DNA from: Callorhinchus milii | Lineage: Eukaryota | DNA: 64,000 nt | NCBI RefSeq assembly: GCF_018977255.1 | Contig: NW_024704742.1 | Coordinates: 28,274,001 to 28,338,000 of the forward strand | Direction: 5' to 3' | Part shown: in pieces, positions 1 to 12,307 of the stretch | Layout of the letters: each line of letters starts with the position of its first letter | Position numbering within the stretch: the first letter of the stretch is position 1 | Notes under the pieces: model-generated | Databases searched by the model: none | What the model was told of the DNA's origin: nothing | The model's input: only the letters and a program-made list of their open reading frames with translations | Translations under genes and position numbers: made by a program

Positions 1-9
1 AGTAAAACA

Positions 10-105
10 TTTTACACAGTAAATTCTGGGAAGTACTTTGGGACATCCTCCTGAAAGGTGCTATACCAAACGTAAGGTTTATTTATTTATGATTATTACT
101 TATTA
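10..105 (+). mobile_element. SINE 3' tail fragment (L2-type tail)
   Basis: CAGTAAATTCTGGGAAGTACTTTGGGACATCCTCCTGAAAGGTGCTATACCAAACGTAAGG plus ATT-rich end; matches tails of complete SINEs in this window. Confidence 0.75.
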
Positions 106-1650
106 ATAAATTGCCCATAGAAAGAGAACAATTTATTCTGTACTCCTTGTTCTCAAATAGTTTAGCGTAAATGAGTAGGAACTAGAGGGTAATTCTCGTG
201 CTCGTGTTATCTCCGACGCATGTGGATGCTTGCCAGTATAAACTGGCAGCTGCACTTGTGACTAAATCTCAGCTACCCTTTAACACCCACACATCCTGCC
301 CTTATTTCTATCCCCCTGTCGAATCACCATTTTTTCTCTCCTTTACCAGCTGGCAAGATCAAAAATATTTATAAAACAGACACGTATGTTGCACTGGTAT
401 GAAGCATCTTGATTGAACTTGTACATAGTAAAGAATGCATTCTTATGTCTTTTCGTGAGTATGTTAAGAGAAAGTATGTGAATTTTGGCGTGAAAACTAT
501 CACTGATGATAATTATCTCATGAACAGAGATACAAATTAAGGCATTTCACAGTTATCCCTGTCAATGGGGGTAAGAGGGACAGTGGTGACACTCCACCCC
601 CCAATCAATTTCAGCACATTAGTTGGGTCCAAAAAAATTCTGAGTGCCACCATTTTTATTTTCATTGACCACAGCTCCGCTGTTAACAATCACAGGTGTA
701 GCCTTTCAGCTTTGCTTCATAAGATAATGGCATGATATTAAGATGGTATCTCATGAAGCCGTGATAAAAGCTGCACTCAGTCATTGGCAACAATGACAGC
801 TGCTCCTTGATCACTGAATGCATGCAAAGATAAAACGGGTGCATGAAGATCAACTATTGTGCCACTGTTGCTGGGTGATAATTATCACATCGCAAGTCAA
901 ATAATTTAGCTCTGAGTATCAAGGCTTTGTGGTTAATCCAGCAGCGTCAATGGGACAGTATCTTTACAAGCTCAATGTTAAGCCTACATTACAATTTTGC
1001 ACTATTATCAAAACTCAATTGTGGCAAAATAGAGTTAAGGCCAGCAAATATTCTCAGAACTCAGGAAATATCAAGTGGTTTGGAGAAGAATGGAATGTTA
1101 CACTCTTTCCTTTGATGTAGAAATCTCATGGTTGAATAAGTGTTGTAGAGTTGATTTAGGTTATCCTACAGCATACGAGATTCATAGGTCAAGAAATATG
1201 ACTTGAACTTACAACATATCTTTTTATTGAGCCAGCTAGTCACACACATAATGTGAATTGTAAATCAGGTCATTCATCGTCTTTACACCCTGGCCTTTTA
1301 AGTACAAACAGGTTAATGCTGAACATGCTGACCATAAGTTGTATTAATGCAACCATTGATTCTGGGAATATCAGAGGAAGCGACATGGGAAGATAAGTAC
1401 ATTTATATCACCATTAGTCATGACCCTTAGTTTATGATATTTGAAGAGTATTTGGTTCTTATATCTTTTAGAATGGTCTAACATTAGTATTACTTAAGTT
1501 GACACAATAATTACTCCCGTATGTGTAAAGCTTTATCGACTCAATCGGTTACATTGAGAGCAATTCACAACATTTCAATTCCTTAGCTTGATTTGTGAAT
1601 TTGTGAGGGTTACCAGTAAAGTATTTATACATTTAATGACCATGTATATC

Positions 1651-1860
1651 CATAAGAACTATAGAAATGTACAGTACAGAAGAAGGCCAATCAGCCCAAT
1701 CCATGCCTTTACTTCATACCCCTGAAAATTACTCTATTTAGATATCAATGTAGGTACCTCTTGAAAGCTAATTTGAGTTCTTCCTCAACCACAGCACCCA
1801 ATACAGATTGCACAGCTGTGTAAATTAAATCCTTCCTATCTCCTGCTTTAAGTTACCAAT
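1651..1860 (-). mobile_element. Degenerate CR1 LINE 3' end
   Basis: CATAAGAA...AGGCCAATCAGCCCAATC is the reverse complement of the CR1 tail seen at 34480-34527. Confidence 0.55.
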
Positions 1861-2526
1861 GGATCAGGAATCTGACCATATTTTTCACACAATGTACTCT
1901 GATGATATGTCTTGGTATGTGATATGTCAAGCCAGATTTGTGTAGCTAGGTGGACGTTCAGATTTTTTTCTTTCAGCGGATATTTTTACATTATTTATCC
2001 TTCAGTCAGTTCAATATGTTTCACCCTAATGTGAACAACCAGTCAGTCATCTGTATGTTCAGTTGCTCAATTATGACCAAGGAAGGTCTGTCTAGGTTTA
2101 CTTCATGAGTACAGCACAGACAGATTTACAGTCAGCAAAAATAGGAACTCGATTTCATAAATAGGAAACTCTGAGTATAATGAGATTAAAAGATCTAATA
2201 CTGGATCATTTAAAATCCTTTGATCTGCTTTTAGCAGCTCAAAATCAGATTTTCACTTGGAGCAAAGGAATTTTCAGGGCTACCTACAATACAAACACTT
2301 TTCAATACACCCCCAAGCACAATAGTACATACAGCCAGTGTTTTGAATCTATTTTCACAGAACAGCTGCTATTGTTGAAATTAAATATTTATATGTTAAA
2401 GAATGGCCACAGGGTTTGCGGGAACTTATTGTTACTCATCACATGAGTGGTGTCAAATTTTAATAGAGATGAGAAGATTCAAAATAGAGATGGTGTGGTA
2501 TAGCATGTGATATAAATTAGATATTA

Positions 2527-3086
2527 TAATAATAGTATCCTTGCATATGGTTTTGTGTCTTATTACATCACCAAGACGTCTCTAAGTTCTTCACAAGATT
2601 TTACTTTAAATTGCAGTGACTGTGAATTTTTATTTGAACCCAATAGGATTGTGCACAGCATTATTTCACAAACAGCCATGAAGTGAATGACCAATTTTAT
2701 GTGGGGGATTGTTGGCCAAAACAGCGTACAGATGGGGCTTTGGCAACCCCAACAATGCAGCACATTCCCATTATTATGTTGTTAGCCTAGACCGGGATGG
2801 ACCAACTGGCGATCCGCGGGACGATTTCATCTGCTCCCCTGCCCCTTTCCATTTCACCAGGCCCACCGCTCCCTCCCTCCATAACCTGGAAATGTTGTTA
2901 TGTTTCTAGAAGTGAAACATCAAAATATTGCTAATGCGGCCCCTGGAGATTTCTCCAAAAGGGCATCCAGCCCTCAGCAACTAAAAGGTCGGACCATCAT
3001 AGACTTGAGTTCAAATTCCTGATGTGGAGCTTGAACCAAAAGTCTTCTGACTCAGAGCTGAGAATCTTACTTTCTGAGCCAAGCTT
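2527..3086 (-). mobile_element. Deu-domain tRNA SINE (SacSINE1-like), interrupted by a MITE
   Basis: Tail at 2527-2600, body to 2792, resumes at 3000 and ends in the head TTGAACC...TCTGACTCAGAG...CTGAGCCAAGCT. Confidence 0.8.
2793..2998. mobile_element. Non-autonomous hAT (Charlie-like) DNA transposon, ~205 bp
   Basis: Imperfect TIRs GATGGACCAAC / GTCGGACCATC, subterminal GATCCGCGGG and GCGGCCC, inserted at GCCTAGAC with TAGAC repeated on the right. Confidence 0.6.
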
Positions 3087-3827
3087 TATTCCTTAAGCGT
3101 TGAATATGAAATGACCTGGATGTGTGGGAGATGAGACACCCACAGATGCCCTTTTACGAGTCAAAGATCTCAGAGTAAAGCTGTGATCTCGCTGTCCAGG
3201 GTTGATTGAATGCATTCTGTTCTGCAAGGACATTGGTGACGAATTTGTTGTCAGGGAGAGGTGGGAGAGGAAGGGGTTGGAGTCAGCAACTCACAATCCT
3301 GGGAGTTCATACTCAATACTTATGGAATTTTAGAATGCAAGTTAGACCCCCAAGTACTGCCCAACCAGTCTATATTGAACGCAGTCTGACAAACTAAATC
3401 AGAGAATGCAAGTGGTCTCACTGAAAATCTGCTTTTAAGTCTCTCGTATGTTCTTCGATCCTGTATAGTAGTAACTGAAGAATTTTAGAAAAAAGATACT
3501 TGCTGTCACAAAACAAATGGCTTCAATGGAGAAGAAAATTCAGAGGTTAGATGGGGGATATCTGTGACATTACAGGGGCTAAAATTTGTGGTATTCATTA
3601 ATGCTTTCCTTGTGTGTTAATTAACACAAGGAACACCGAAGAAAATCTGGAAATTCCTTCCCATTTTACAATCAGGACAGTCCTTGTTAAATAAGGACTG
3701 ATTCATTGTACACCGCCCATCCTTCAATTTCCCCACCTCCAACCACATAGCTTCTCTCGGTTAGCGATCCTGGATAAAAAAACTCTGTGTAAGCAAATAG
3801 ACTGTCTATGCCTAGTTAGTTAGCTCT

Positions 3828-4239
3828 CTTTATGCTGAGATATATTTTCCAATGAGGAGATTTGAGTTCTGCCCAATTGTATTATATTGAAAATGTACAG
3901 AGATGTCTATTCCAGTTTACGTATTGAAAGCAAACCTCTGATGTTATTAATCTACATTATCATTCTATTGGGATATTGTGACTCTTGAGAAAGTCTTGGA
4001 ATCATGCAGATTAGGAGATGGTAGATATGGAATGCACTGTAGATTTGAAAGAAGATAGATTCAATCATCTTGTGACTGAATCCTGGCTTTACACATCACT
4101 CGTCTTCTTAATAACTAGTTTGTAACATGGAATGATTGTAAAGAAATCCAAGGTTATATTGGTGTTTTTTTGACTTACTTACTTTAGTTTACTTTATGCT
4201 GAGATATGTTTTCCACTGAGGAGATATGAGTTCTGTCCA
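3828..4239 (+). repeat. Local 48-bp direct repeat (3828-3875 and 4192-4239)
   Basis: CTTTATGCTGAGATAT(A/G)TTTTCCA(A/C)TGAGGAGAT(T/A)TGAGTTCTG(C/T)CCA, 44/48 identical. Confidence 0.9.
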
Positions 4240-4835
4240 CAGAAAATTATGTGGACATCTTTATCTGAATACTATAATTGCATGTTGTTAAGATGCCGCA
4301 GGAGTTTAGATTTACTATATTTCAGAATGTGCTGAATTCCCCTATACAGTTTTCATTTTGAAGCTGTTTTACTCTAGGTTATTTTAAGAATCACAGAAAA
4401 CTCACTTCAAAGTTAAGACTGATGCTCTGAAATGTTATGACAATAGATCAAAACTAGACCCGGGTGAAATTTCAACCCAACAGTGGGTAGCTCCCTCTTT
4501 TGGAATATCTACAAATCTATGCAAATTGCACATAAATTGCTTGCGAAGACTGCCATATTTTCATTCTTATATATATTATTTTAATGCATTGTGAACATGG
4601 GTAGAAAATATAAAGAGATCAGATACAATATCATTACATAAAATAAATTCCTAGTAACTTGTCACTCCAAGGGAAAATGACTCAGTGACGAGTTATCCAG
4701 AGTAAAGAGTTAGACGTATGTATAAATGCTTGAATAAACATATGGCCTGGATATTGACAGCATGGTGTCTTAAGCGGTAATGACAAGCTAAGCTAGGGTT
4801 AAGAGACTCAAAAGCGGGAGCTTACTGTACTTGGT

Positions 4836-4915
4836 ATAATAATAATAGGCCTTACATTCAATGTAGCACCTTTCATGCCAGAAGGACATTCTAAACACAT
4901 TGCAGGTTTTATTTT
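4836..4915 (-). mobile_element. SINE 3' tail fragment
   Basis: (AAT)n then CCTTACATTCAATGTAGCACCTTTCATGCCAGAAGGACAT. Confidence 0.65.
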
Positions 4916-6239
4916 TACATGAAACGACTGTATTTGGCAGGCGAATGGGGTACAATGTAAGATGAACCTTCGGAATAATCCTTGCATTTGATATAGTGAA
5001 AATGATCTCAGACAAGTGCAAGCTGTTATAATAATAATTCTTGCAAATTGATTTTAGAATGCACAAAATGGGAATCCAACTTCCTTCTAAAAGGCATTTA
5101 TGCAAGTTATGAATTGTTCCGAAATTCTGCCAGGGAATGGGGAGCTTGAAGGAAGCATGCAGATTATCAAGTTAGATCTCCTAAGAAATCATGATGCCTC
5201 AAAAATGCTTGTATTCCTGTGGGCTACCCAATATAATCCTTTTCCCACTTTGATCTATGTTGAGGGCTTGCTCCACACTACCAAATATGTTGAATGAGAT
5301 AATATAGATTAGAATTTAAAGGAAGAAGGCACATGAAGTTAGACATACAAAAGCAGTTTATTTTTAGAGTAACAGTGATAGCAGATAATCTTGTATTTAT
5401 TTTTCCTTCTTAAGAAGGTTTTCAATATTGGGGAACTAAACTGTATTTTTTCAGTCAGTGAGACCATGAAAACACTCTAAGATCAATTATAGTATGGCTC
5501 GGAGCACAGTAAAGCTCCCTATATTCTGTTCTTTGAATGTATTTTAACCCTAATCTCTGAAGAACTGTATCTCAGTGGAATTGTCTTTCCAGTTAGCAGT
5601 CTTCAGCTATTTAATTTAACAATCTTCTTTATTTATTTCTGTAATATTTGTGTCTGTACGTGTATATAGGTAATTGCCTATGGGGAAATGGAAATCTTTG
5701 TGGTTATCTTCTAATGCTCAGCACAGCAACAATTTTACACATTCAGGAATGAATAAGGGAGTTAGTTGGCCTTTCCATGAGGAAAACAAAACTATTAAAA
5801 TTGATAGAGAGCAGTAAGGAAAATTGATCTCATGAGGGCATTTTAATCCTCCAACCTATTAATTTAACAGCGAGACAATAATATACTAAGTTAATGGTAT
5901 TTTTTTTTGCAAAGTACAGATAAATTACTTCATTTATTTCCGCCGATTCAGATTAACAACAGAAACACTTAAGGCACCCTCCGCGTAAGATTACACTCAG
6001 AGCTGTTTATGTGGTCAGGTGCCCCATGTGTCACGAAAATAATGTGATTAATCCAATATCCAATATATCCCCTAATTTACAATTCTAAAACTACTTGCAA
6101 GTAGAATTATGTCCAGGATCATTTGAACCTTGGATTGTAATTTTACGTTTGCTTCAAACTAAAATAAAAATTAGATGATTGTCTGCGTGAGGTTCCAGTG
6201 AGTCACTCTGAGATCCTTTGGGATTTACTTTTTAGCAAT

Positions 6240-6645
6240 CAACAACAGCAACAACAAGATTACATTTGTATAGTGCCTTTCACGTCAGGAGGACGTCCCA
6301 AGGCACAGCATTTCAGACCCAAACTGGGTTCAGGGGGGGAGAAGGGAGGGGAGGGGAAGGGTGGTGGCCGATGGTATGGTCGAAGAGGAGGGTCTTGAGG
6401 CAGTACTTGAAGGAGGCTAATGAAGGGGTGAGGCGGAGTGATTGGGGTATGGAATTCCAGAGATTAGAGGCAGAGTGGCTGAAGGCTCTCCCGCCAATGG
6501 TGGGACGGGTGGGTCGGGGGACGTGAAGCAGGCTGGACCCGGCTGAGCAGAGGGAGCAGGCGGATTGGTAGGGGGTTAGGAGGTCGCAGAGGTAGGGTGG
6601 GGTGAGACCATGTAGGGCTTTGTAAGTGAGGACCTGAATCTCCAA
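6240..6645 (-). mobile_element. L2 LINE 3' end (ORF2 C-terminus plus tail)
   Basis: ORF 6313-6645 LTYKALHGLTPPYLCDLL...GGRAFS...LWNSIP...SFKYCLKTLLF; stem-loop tail and (TTG)n. Confidence 0.93.
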
Positions 6646-6670
6646 TTAATCACGCATGTTATCTTATGGA

Positions 6671-7270
6671 AGGCCTGAAATTTCACCTTGTCTTAGCCTT
6701 TAGACCATATTGGGATCCGTAGCACAGTGGTGAGAGCACTCATCTCACAAGCAAGCGACCTGGGTTTGATTCCCAGCAGGGTGAAACGTTGGGCAAGTTT
6801 CCTTACTCCACACACCTCTGTTTACCTAGCAGTGAGCAGGAAGGCCATTAGTCGATCGGCAGATTGCTTTTCCGGGGGTAATAATACATTCGAAAAAAAA
6901 TTATAATAAAATCAGTCACTTAATCCACGACTGTCTGTGGAACACTGCTGTTCATAATTGGCTGCCGTGCTTTGCCCACAAAATACACAGTCAATTCACT
7001 TTAAGGTATACTCTGTGACATGCTTTGAGTAGTCTCAAAGAAGTGACAAGGCGCTGTATCAAATGCAAGGTTTATTATCAGTATTGTTATAACATTTAAG
7101 AATGCTCTGAATTGTGCAACATTTCTTCAATCCAGCCTTAATTTGGAAGCTGGTATCTTTTTAAGAATTGTGGAAAACCAGTTTCCAAATTGCGAACAGA
7201 TTTGGATTTCACCAATATTCTATGCATTTTAGAATTTTAAGAAAAAATGGTCTTTCAGCCTAATCCTACA
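6671..7270. mobile_element. Palindromic MITE-like element, copy 1, interrupted by a SINE
   Basis: Left end AGGCCTGAAATT...TAGCCTTTAGACCAT; inner inverted AATTTGGAAGCTGGT / ACCAGTTTCCAAATT; right arm ATGGTCTTTCAGCCTAA; homologous to 28260-28486 and 61128-61285. Confidence 0.6.
6711..7085 (+). mobile_element. CORE-type tRNA SINE, long form
   Basis: A box TAGCACAGTGG, B box GGTTTGATTCC, CORE-like GGGCAAGTTTCCTT...CCTCTGTTTACCTAGCAGT, shared 3' half and tail. Confidence 0.88.
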
Positions 7271-7271
7271 G

Positions 7272-8155
7272 CAATACCAACAACTTGCACTTATATAGCG
7301 TCCTCCACCAGGGTAGCGTGGATGGATTGAGGGAAAGTGTTTCAGAGTTTCAGGCATAGTGGCTGAATACGTAAGCTTGAATGATGGAACGGTGGGCGCT
7401 AGGGACAATCAGGAGGCTGGTGCCAATTGAGCGGAGGCGCCGGGTGGTGGATTGGGAAGTGAGGAGGTTGGAGAGCCAGGGAGTGAAGGGATTTGAACAT
7501 GAGTGTGAGGATCTCGAAGTCGATATAATAATAATAATAATCCTTGCATTTGATATAGCGCTTTTCATGTCTTCTAGACGTCCCAAAGTGCATCACAGAA
7601 TATACTGTAAAGTGAATTGACTGTATATTTGTGGGTGAACGCGGCAGCCAATTGCGCACAGCAATGTCCCACAAACAGTCGTGGATTGAAAATGACCAAT
7701 TTATTATTGTTTTTGTTTTTTGGAGGGATTATTATTAGGCGTGTGGAGTAACGAAACTTGCCCAAGGTTTCGCCCTCTGCCTGGAATTGAACTCGGGTCT
7801 CTCACTTGCAAAGCGAGTGCTCTAACCACTGAGCTACAGGACTCCACAGATCTGTTCGGTGATAGGGAGCCAGGGGAGATTGACCAGAATTGGTGAGATG
7901 TGGGTACGCAGTTTGGTCCGGGTAAGTATGCAGGCAACAGAGTTCTGAATGAGTTGGAATTTTTGAATAGTGCAGCTGGGGAGACCAGCGAGGAATGTGT
8001 TTGGGTAATCCAAGTGGGAGGTGACAAACGCATGCACTAATCCTAGATGGATCTGGAATAAGGATTTGCACACTGGTGAGGAGGAGGTAATAGTTCCCTT
8101 GAGTAAAGAGGGGTCAGGTTGCCAATGAGGTGAGCCCAGAAGCTGCGTCCCCAAA
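7272..8155 (-). mobile_element. L2 LINE 3' fragment interrupted by a SINE
   Basis: ORF 7834-8154 LVHAFVTSHLDYPN...QKFQLIQNSVACILTRTK...HISPIL; tail at 7272-7320. Confidence 0.9.
7525..7848 (-). mobile_element. CORE-type tRNA SINE, short (young) form, full length
   Basis: Near-identical to 31192-31515 and 59276-59594; GAT duplicated at both ends. Confidence 0.95.
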
Positions 8156-8171
8156 ATGAGATGTATAGTAA

Positions 8172-8848
8172 AATTGATATCCTTGCATTAGGCTTAACAC
8201 CTATAGTATCACATGTTTTACAGTAATTACTGTTAAGTACAGTGACTGTATATATGTAGGCGAACACAGCAGCCAATTGGCACACAACAATGCCCCACAG
8301 TCATGAGGTTAGGGACCAATTTATTGTTGGGTTGTTGGCCCAGACACTTGGGAAAAAATCCATTTTTTTAAATTGTCATGGGTACGGCTGTAAGTAGTGA
8401 TTTTTTGATCGAAAGGTTACGGCCACAGTTTGTTAAAGTTGTAGTTTCGGTGCGGTCAGTTCAAATACACACAATGAATACTTGGACCATACATTGGACT
8501 ATCCATCTGTCAATCCCCATACCCCATACTCTCATTGGACCATATATGCCTGCCCATCAACACTTCCTACAGTACAGGATAGGTGGATGAACAAGGGAAT
8601 GGCATAATGGGTGCACATACTCATTATAGCTATTCATATAAATGAATAGAAAGATGTGAAGACATCTGAAGACAGAACTTTGCTTTAATGTTTCATCTGA
8701 AGTACAACACCTCAAGCAATGCAGCTCTCCCCTAACACTGCATCTAGGATATCAGTCTAGAGATTGAGCTCAAAGTCCCAACGTGGAGCTTGAACCCATA
8801 GTCTTCTGAACCAAACTCAAGAGTACTATGTACTGAGCCAGGCTGACA
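8172..8848 (-). mobile_element. Deu-domain SINE with ~280-bp unrelated insert (8383-8660)
   Basis: 3' half at 8172-8382; Deu domain and head at 8675-8848 ending CTGAGCCAGGCTGACA. Confidence 0.8.
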
Positions 8849-9180
8849 GATCAAATTCAAATTTCAGTGGAACATGGTCATACACAAAGACTGTGTGGAG
8901 ATGTCATTCATACCTCATTCATACCTGGGAGGAGAGCACCATTAAAGTCTGTTTGATCATATTGTTTTTTGAGCAATGTAACAAAGCAATTGCAGTTATC
9001 ACTGCAGTCTAACAATGCAGAATAAAACACAACTAACATTTGGAATGGAGACTTCACTTGTGCAGGCTGTAGGCAGAGTAGAAACATCTGTCATGAATGC
9101 TCCCACTGTGACAATCAGGGCCAAATCTCCAAGAAAAAGCAAACAGAAATCTGTGCTATACTGACAAATCAGTTAAGTTC

Positions 9181-9370
9181 AAATACCCAGAAACCACACT
9201 CAAGCTATACAGTTTGTATACTCTTATACAGCTTTGATTGTGCCACATCTGGAGTAGCACATACAGTTCCAGTCACTTCGCCATATAGCGACTAGCCAAG
9301 CCCTTGGGGCAGTGCAGAAAAGAACAGTGTGGATGATCCCCAGTATTGGAAGGATGAGCTATAAGAGTAA
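9181..9370 (+). mobile_element. CR1 LINE RT C-terminal fragment
   Basis: Reads Y-T-A-L-I-V-P-H-L-E-*...Q-F...A-L-G-A-V-Q-K-R...M-I-P...M-S-Y, like CR1 LYKALVRPHLEY-VQFWSP...LERVQRRATRMIP. Confidence 0.75.
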
Positions 9371-10667
9371 TGACCAGATAAGCTCTGTCCAAGTAAAAGT
9401 CAATGGATCTAATCATGGATGTCAAATAGCAGTTCTATGAAAATAAATACCTTCATATAAAAATAATTTGCCCGATTGTACAGGTCATTGGAAACACTGG
9501 GAAATCTGATTCTCTTGCATTTCTTTCCCTGCTTGCCTGAAGGGGCTGAATTTCCATTGTTGGTTTCTATGCAGCATATTCTCCTTGCTCTAACATGGCT
9601 TGCAGCAATTTCTCCTCCAGGACCATACTGTGTCTCTGTCCAGGGTAATACTGTGAGCACACACCTCTTTTTTCAGAGCCAGACTGGGGCACATTTTAAG
9701 ATCTTCAAACACCCAAAAATGGAAAGCATAATTTGAGTATCCCAAATTTCTCTTCAGTGCAAACCCAGGATTTGTCCTTAAGTCAAATTGTGCCTGTTTT
9801 CTGCTGTAATATGGGGATGGTACAATGGTGCTGGAAGAATTTTGGATTCCAAATCTCCCAAGAGCCATCAATCCTTCCTTCTACTTAGAAAAACTGAGCT
9901 GCTGTCAATGCCCCCAGATTACATGAATCATGTGTTTGTCCCATGAACCATTCATTTACGTGCATAGTTTCCTGCAGTGATCACATGCCATCTGTACGTT
10001 TTCTACTCTCTTACCAAAAGATCAAGTTTCCTCTCTAGACAACAATAACATTATTAGATTACAAACAATAAGCACCTGAGTAACCTTAGATAACTCTTAG
10101 AAATGTGTGCAATTTAGATATCTCTCGACTTTAATTTTTTTATTGTAGCTTGAGGATTTAATCAATATAGTTATCATTTACTTACTTTTTGTNAAAAAAA
10201 CTACACCATTAAACTCTTGGTGCCATGAAAGGAGCAGTTGTTTTTCATATTAAACAGACCTTGAGGCCATTAGCAATGCCTTGATGCAGAAGACCTTTTT
10301 GTCTCTCAGGGCTGTGCAGATGTTCTGTTGGGTTGGTGTAAGTATAGCAAGGGCATATCTGTCAAAGAAAGGCAGAAAAGTCTACATCCTATGGGAGAGA
10401 GAAGGGAATGAGGAATTTTCGAGTAGGCAAAAAGTTGAATCTTAGATTAATCAAAATTGGATGGGCTTATTGGACCCAAAGGCCTTTTTCTAATAGTTCT
10501 GCCAGCACAGTTGCTATTTCTAATCATGGTTCTGTATGTATTATTTATGGTTGCAGTATATGTAGGGATTCTGATTGAACAGACACCAGGAAGTAGCTAT
10601 TTGCACAGAGGGGATTTATCATCTGAAAATGTGACCAGGAAGGGCAGTTGAAGTGATTGGAAGTTAA

Positions 10668-11042
10668 TAGGATTTTACTGTGAAGCAAAATGTCTGTATA
10701 TTTGTGGGCAAACATAGCAGCCAATTTGTGCGCAGCAAGGTCCCACAAAACAGCCTTGAAGTAAACAACCAAGTTTATCTGTAGGATTGTAGGACAACAG
10801 AAAAAACTTCCTTCCTATTGAATAGTGTCAAGGGATCTTTAACGTCATCCTGTACAAGCGGCCTGGAGCTTGGTTTAAAGTCTAACCTGAACGACAGGAA
10901 TTCCAACAATGCAGTGCTCCCCCAACACTGGTCTGGAGCTTCAGCCTAGACTTAGTTCAAAGCCCTAATGTGGATGTTGAACCCACAATTTTCTGACTTT
11001 GTGATTCAGAGATGAGAGTGCTGCCATCTGAGCCAGGCTGAC
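10668..11042 (-). mobile_element. Deu-domain SINE
   Basis: GGGATCTTTAACGTC...GGTTTAAAGTC...AACAATGCAGTGCTCCCCCAACACTG; head ends CTGAGCCAGGCTGAC. Confidence 0.85.
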
Positions 11043-11149
11043 TAAACCTACATATAACAACTCTTCATGCAATAGTAACATTTTAGATTATGAATAATTA
11101 GCACTAATAAAACTACACATAACATTCATTTAGATTGCTTTCCTACCAT

Positions 11150-11335
11150 CAAACACACAAGTGTGCCTTCCAGCAGTGATCACGGAAAGTCACTGGACTC
11201 CACCACTCCCCCCCCCTCTAACTCAGGGTCACAAAGGCCAATTGTACCCCCAAATCCACTGCCCCAGTTGTGATGGCTTAATTGTAATTTTCTGGTCTAT
11301 ATGGTTTACCCTCTAGACCACGTGGGAGCTCATTG
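11150..11335 (-). mobile_element. AmnSINE2-like ancient SINE relic
   Basis: Reverse complement reads GGGGCAGT...GGGGTACAATTGGCCTTTGTGACCCTGAGTTAGAGGGG...CCAGTGAC...CTGCTGGAAGGCACACTTGTGTG, resembling the AmnSINE2 consensus as I recall it. Confidence 0.5.
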
Positions 11336-11654
11336 AGTCATATTAATGACCAATGATTTAAAGGGGCATAATCCATGAGAATCCAATTTAAGAGACCTAA
11401 AAAAGTTTGAGGGGCACTGTGGAAGTTTTAGGAGACATTTGCTTGAAAACCCGAACACACAAAGTTATTTGTTCTGAGGGGCGATTAGCCTTGGCAATCA
11501 GGTCAGACCATTCCTGTTTTAAGAAATGTTGTGTGATTGTTTTTTCTCTGGAAGCTTGTAACTTGAGAGTCAAAGTGTTGAAGATCACAGAGCACTTAGC
11601 ATCAATTCACAGCCTCACACTTCACAAAATAACAATGTACATTTTGGCAGAAAG

Positions 11655-12231
11655 TAGTCTAAAGGTGGTGAGAGCACTCAGGCTGTACCGTATCATGCAA
11701 TATGTATCTGCCCCTGGGTTTGATTCCCAGGCAGGATGAAATGTTTGCCAAGTTTCCTTGTTCCACACGCTCGTTTATGTAACAGTAAGTGGGAGCCCGG
11801 TTGTTTGTCGATTGGCAGATTGCTTTTCCAGGGGTAATAATCCCATCAAATAAATCAATATATAATTTGGTCACTCGATCCATGACAGTTTGTTGGACAC
11901 TGCTGTGCACAATTGCCTGCCGCATTTTGCCCACAAAATATTCAGTCAATTCACTTTACAGTATATTCTGTGAAGCGCTTTAAGACATTTTGAAGACATA
12001 AGGTGCTATTTCAGTGAGCGAATAGTGAACCTGTGAAAAAGGCACCCTAGGGAGATTCTTTCAAACACAGATTAGATAGTTTTCTTTTAGGAAATAACAT
12101 TATGGGATATAGTAAATAGCTATTTCAGGACATATGTGCATGCGACCGCCAGGAAGATGGAAGGCAAACTAGATGGACTTTTATGTGTACCATTTCTTAT
12201 GTTCTTATTTCAAATGCAAGTATCATTATTT
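11655..12231 (+). mobile_element. CORE-type SINE, long form, with CR1 inserted in its tail
   Basis: Head and body 11655-12012; tail remainder AAATGCAAGTATCATTATT at 12212-12230. Confidence 0.82.
12013..12208 (+). mobile_element. CR1 LINE 3' end
   Basis: GAATAGTGAACCTGTG...TTCAAACACAGATTAGATAG...CTAGATGGAC...TTCTTATGTTCTTAT terminal repeat. Confidence 0.8.
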
Positions 12232-12307
12232 GTTCCCTTTTCAGCAGCTTCTCTGGTGCTGTAATTCTTTTTCATTTACATTTTTCTGATCTTTCTCTGC
12301 ATTTGTT

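Noticed and set aside
183..281. Small hairpin with AGGGTA/TACCCT ends and a TGCCAGT/ACTGGCA centre
   Set aside because: Arms too short and degenerate to call a MITE without other copies
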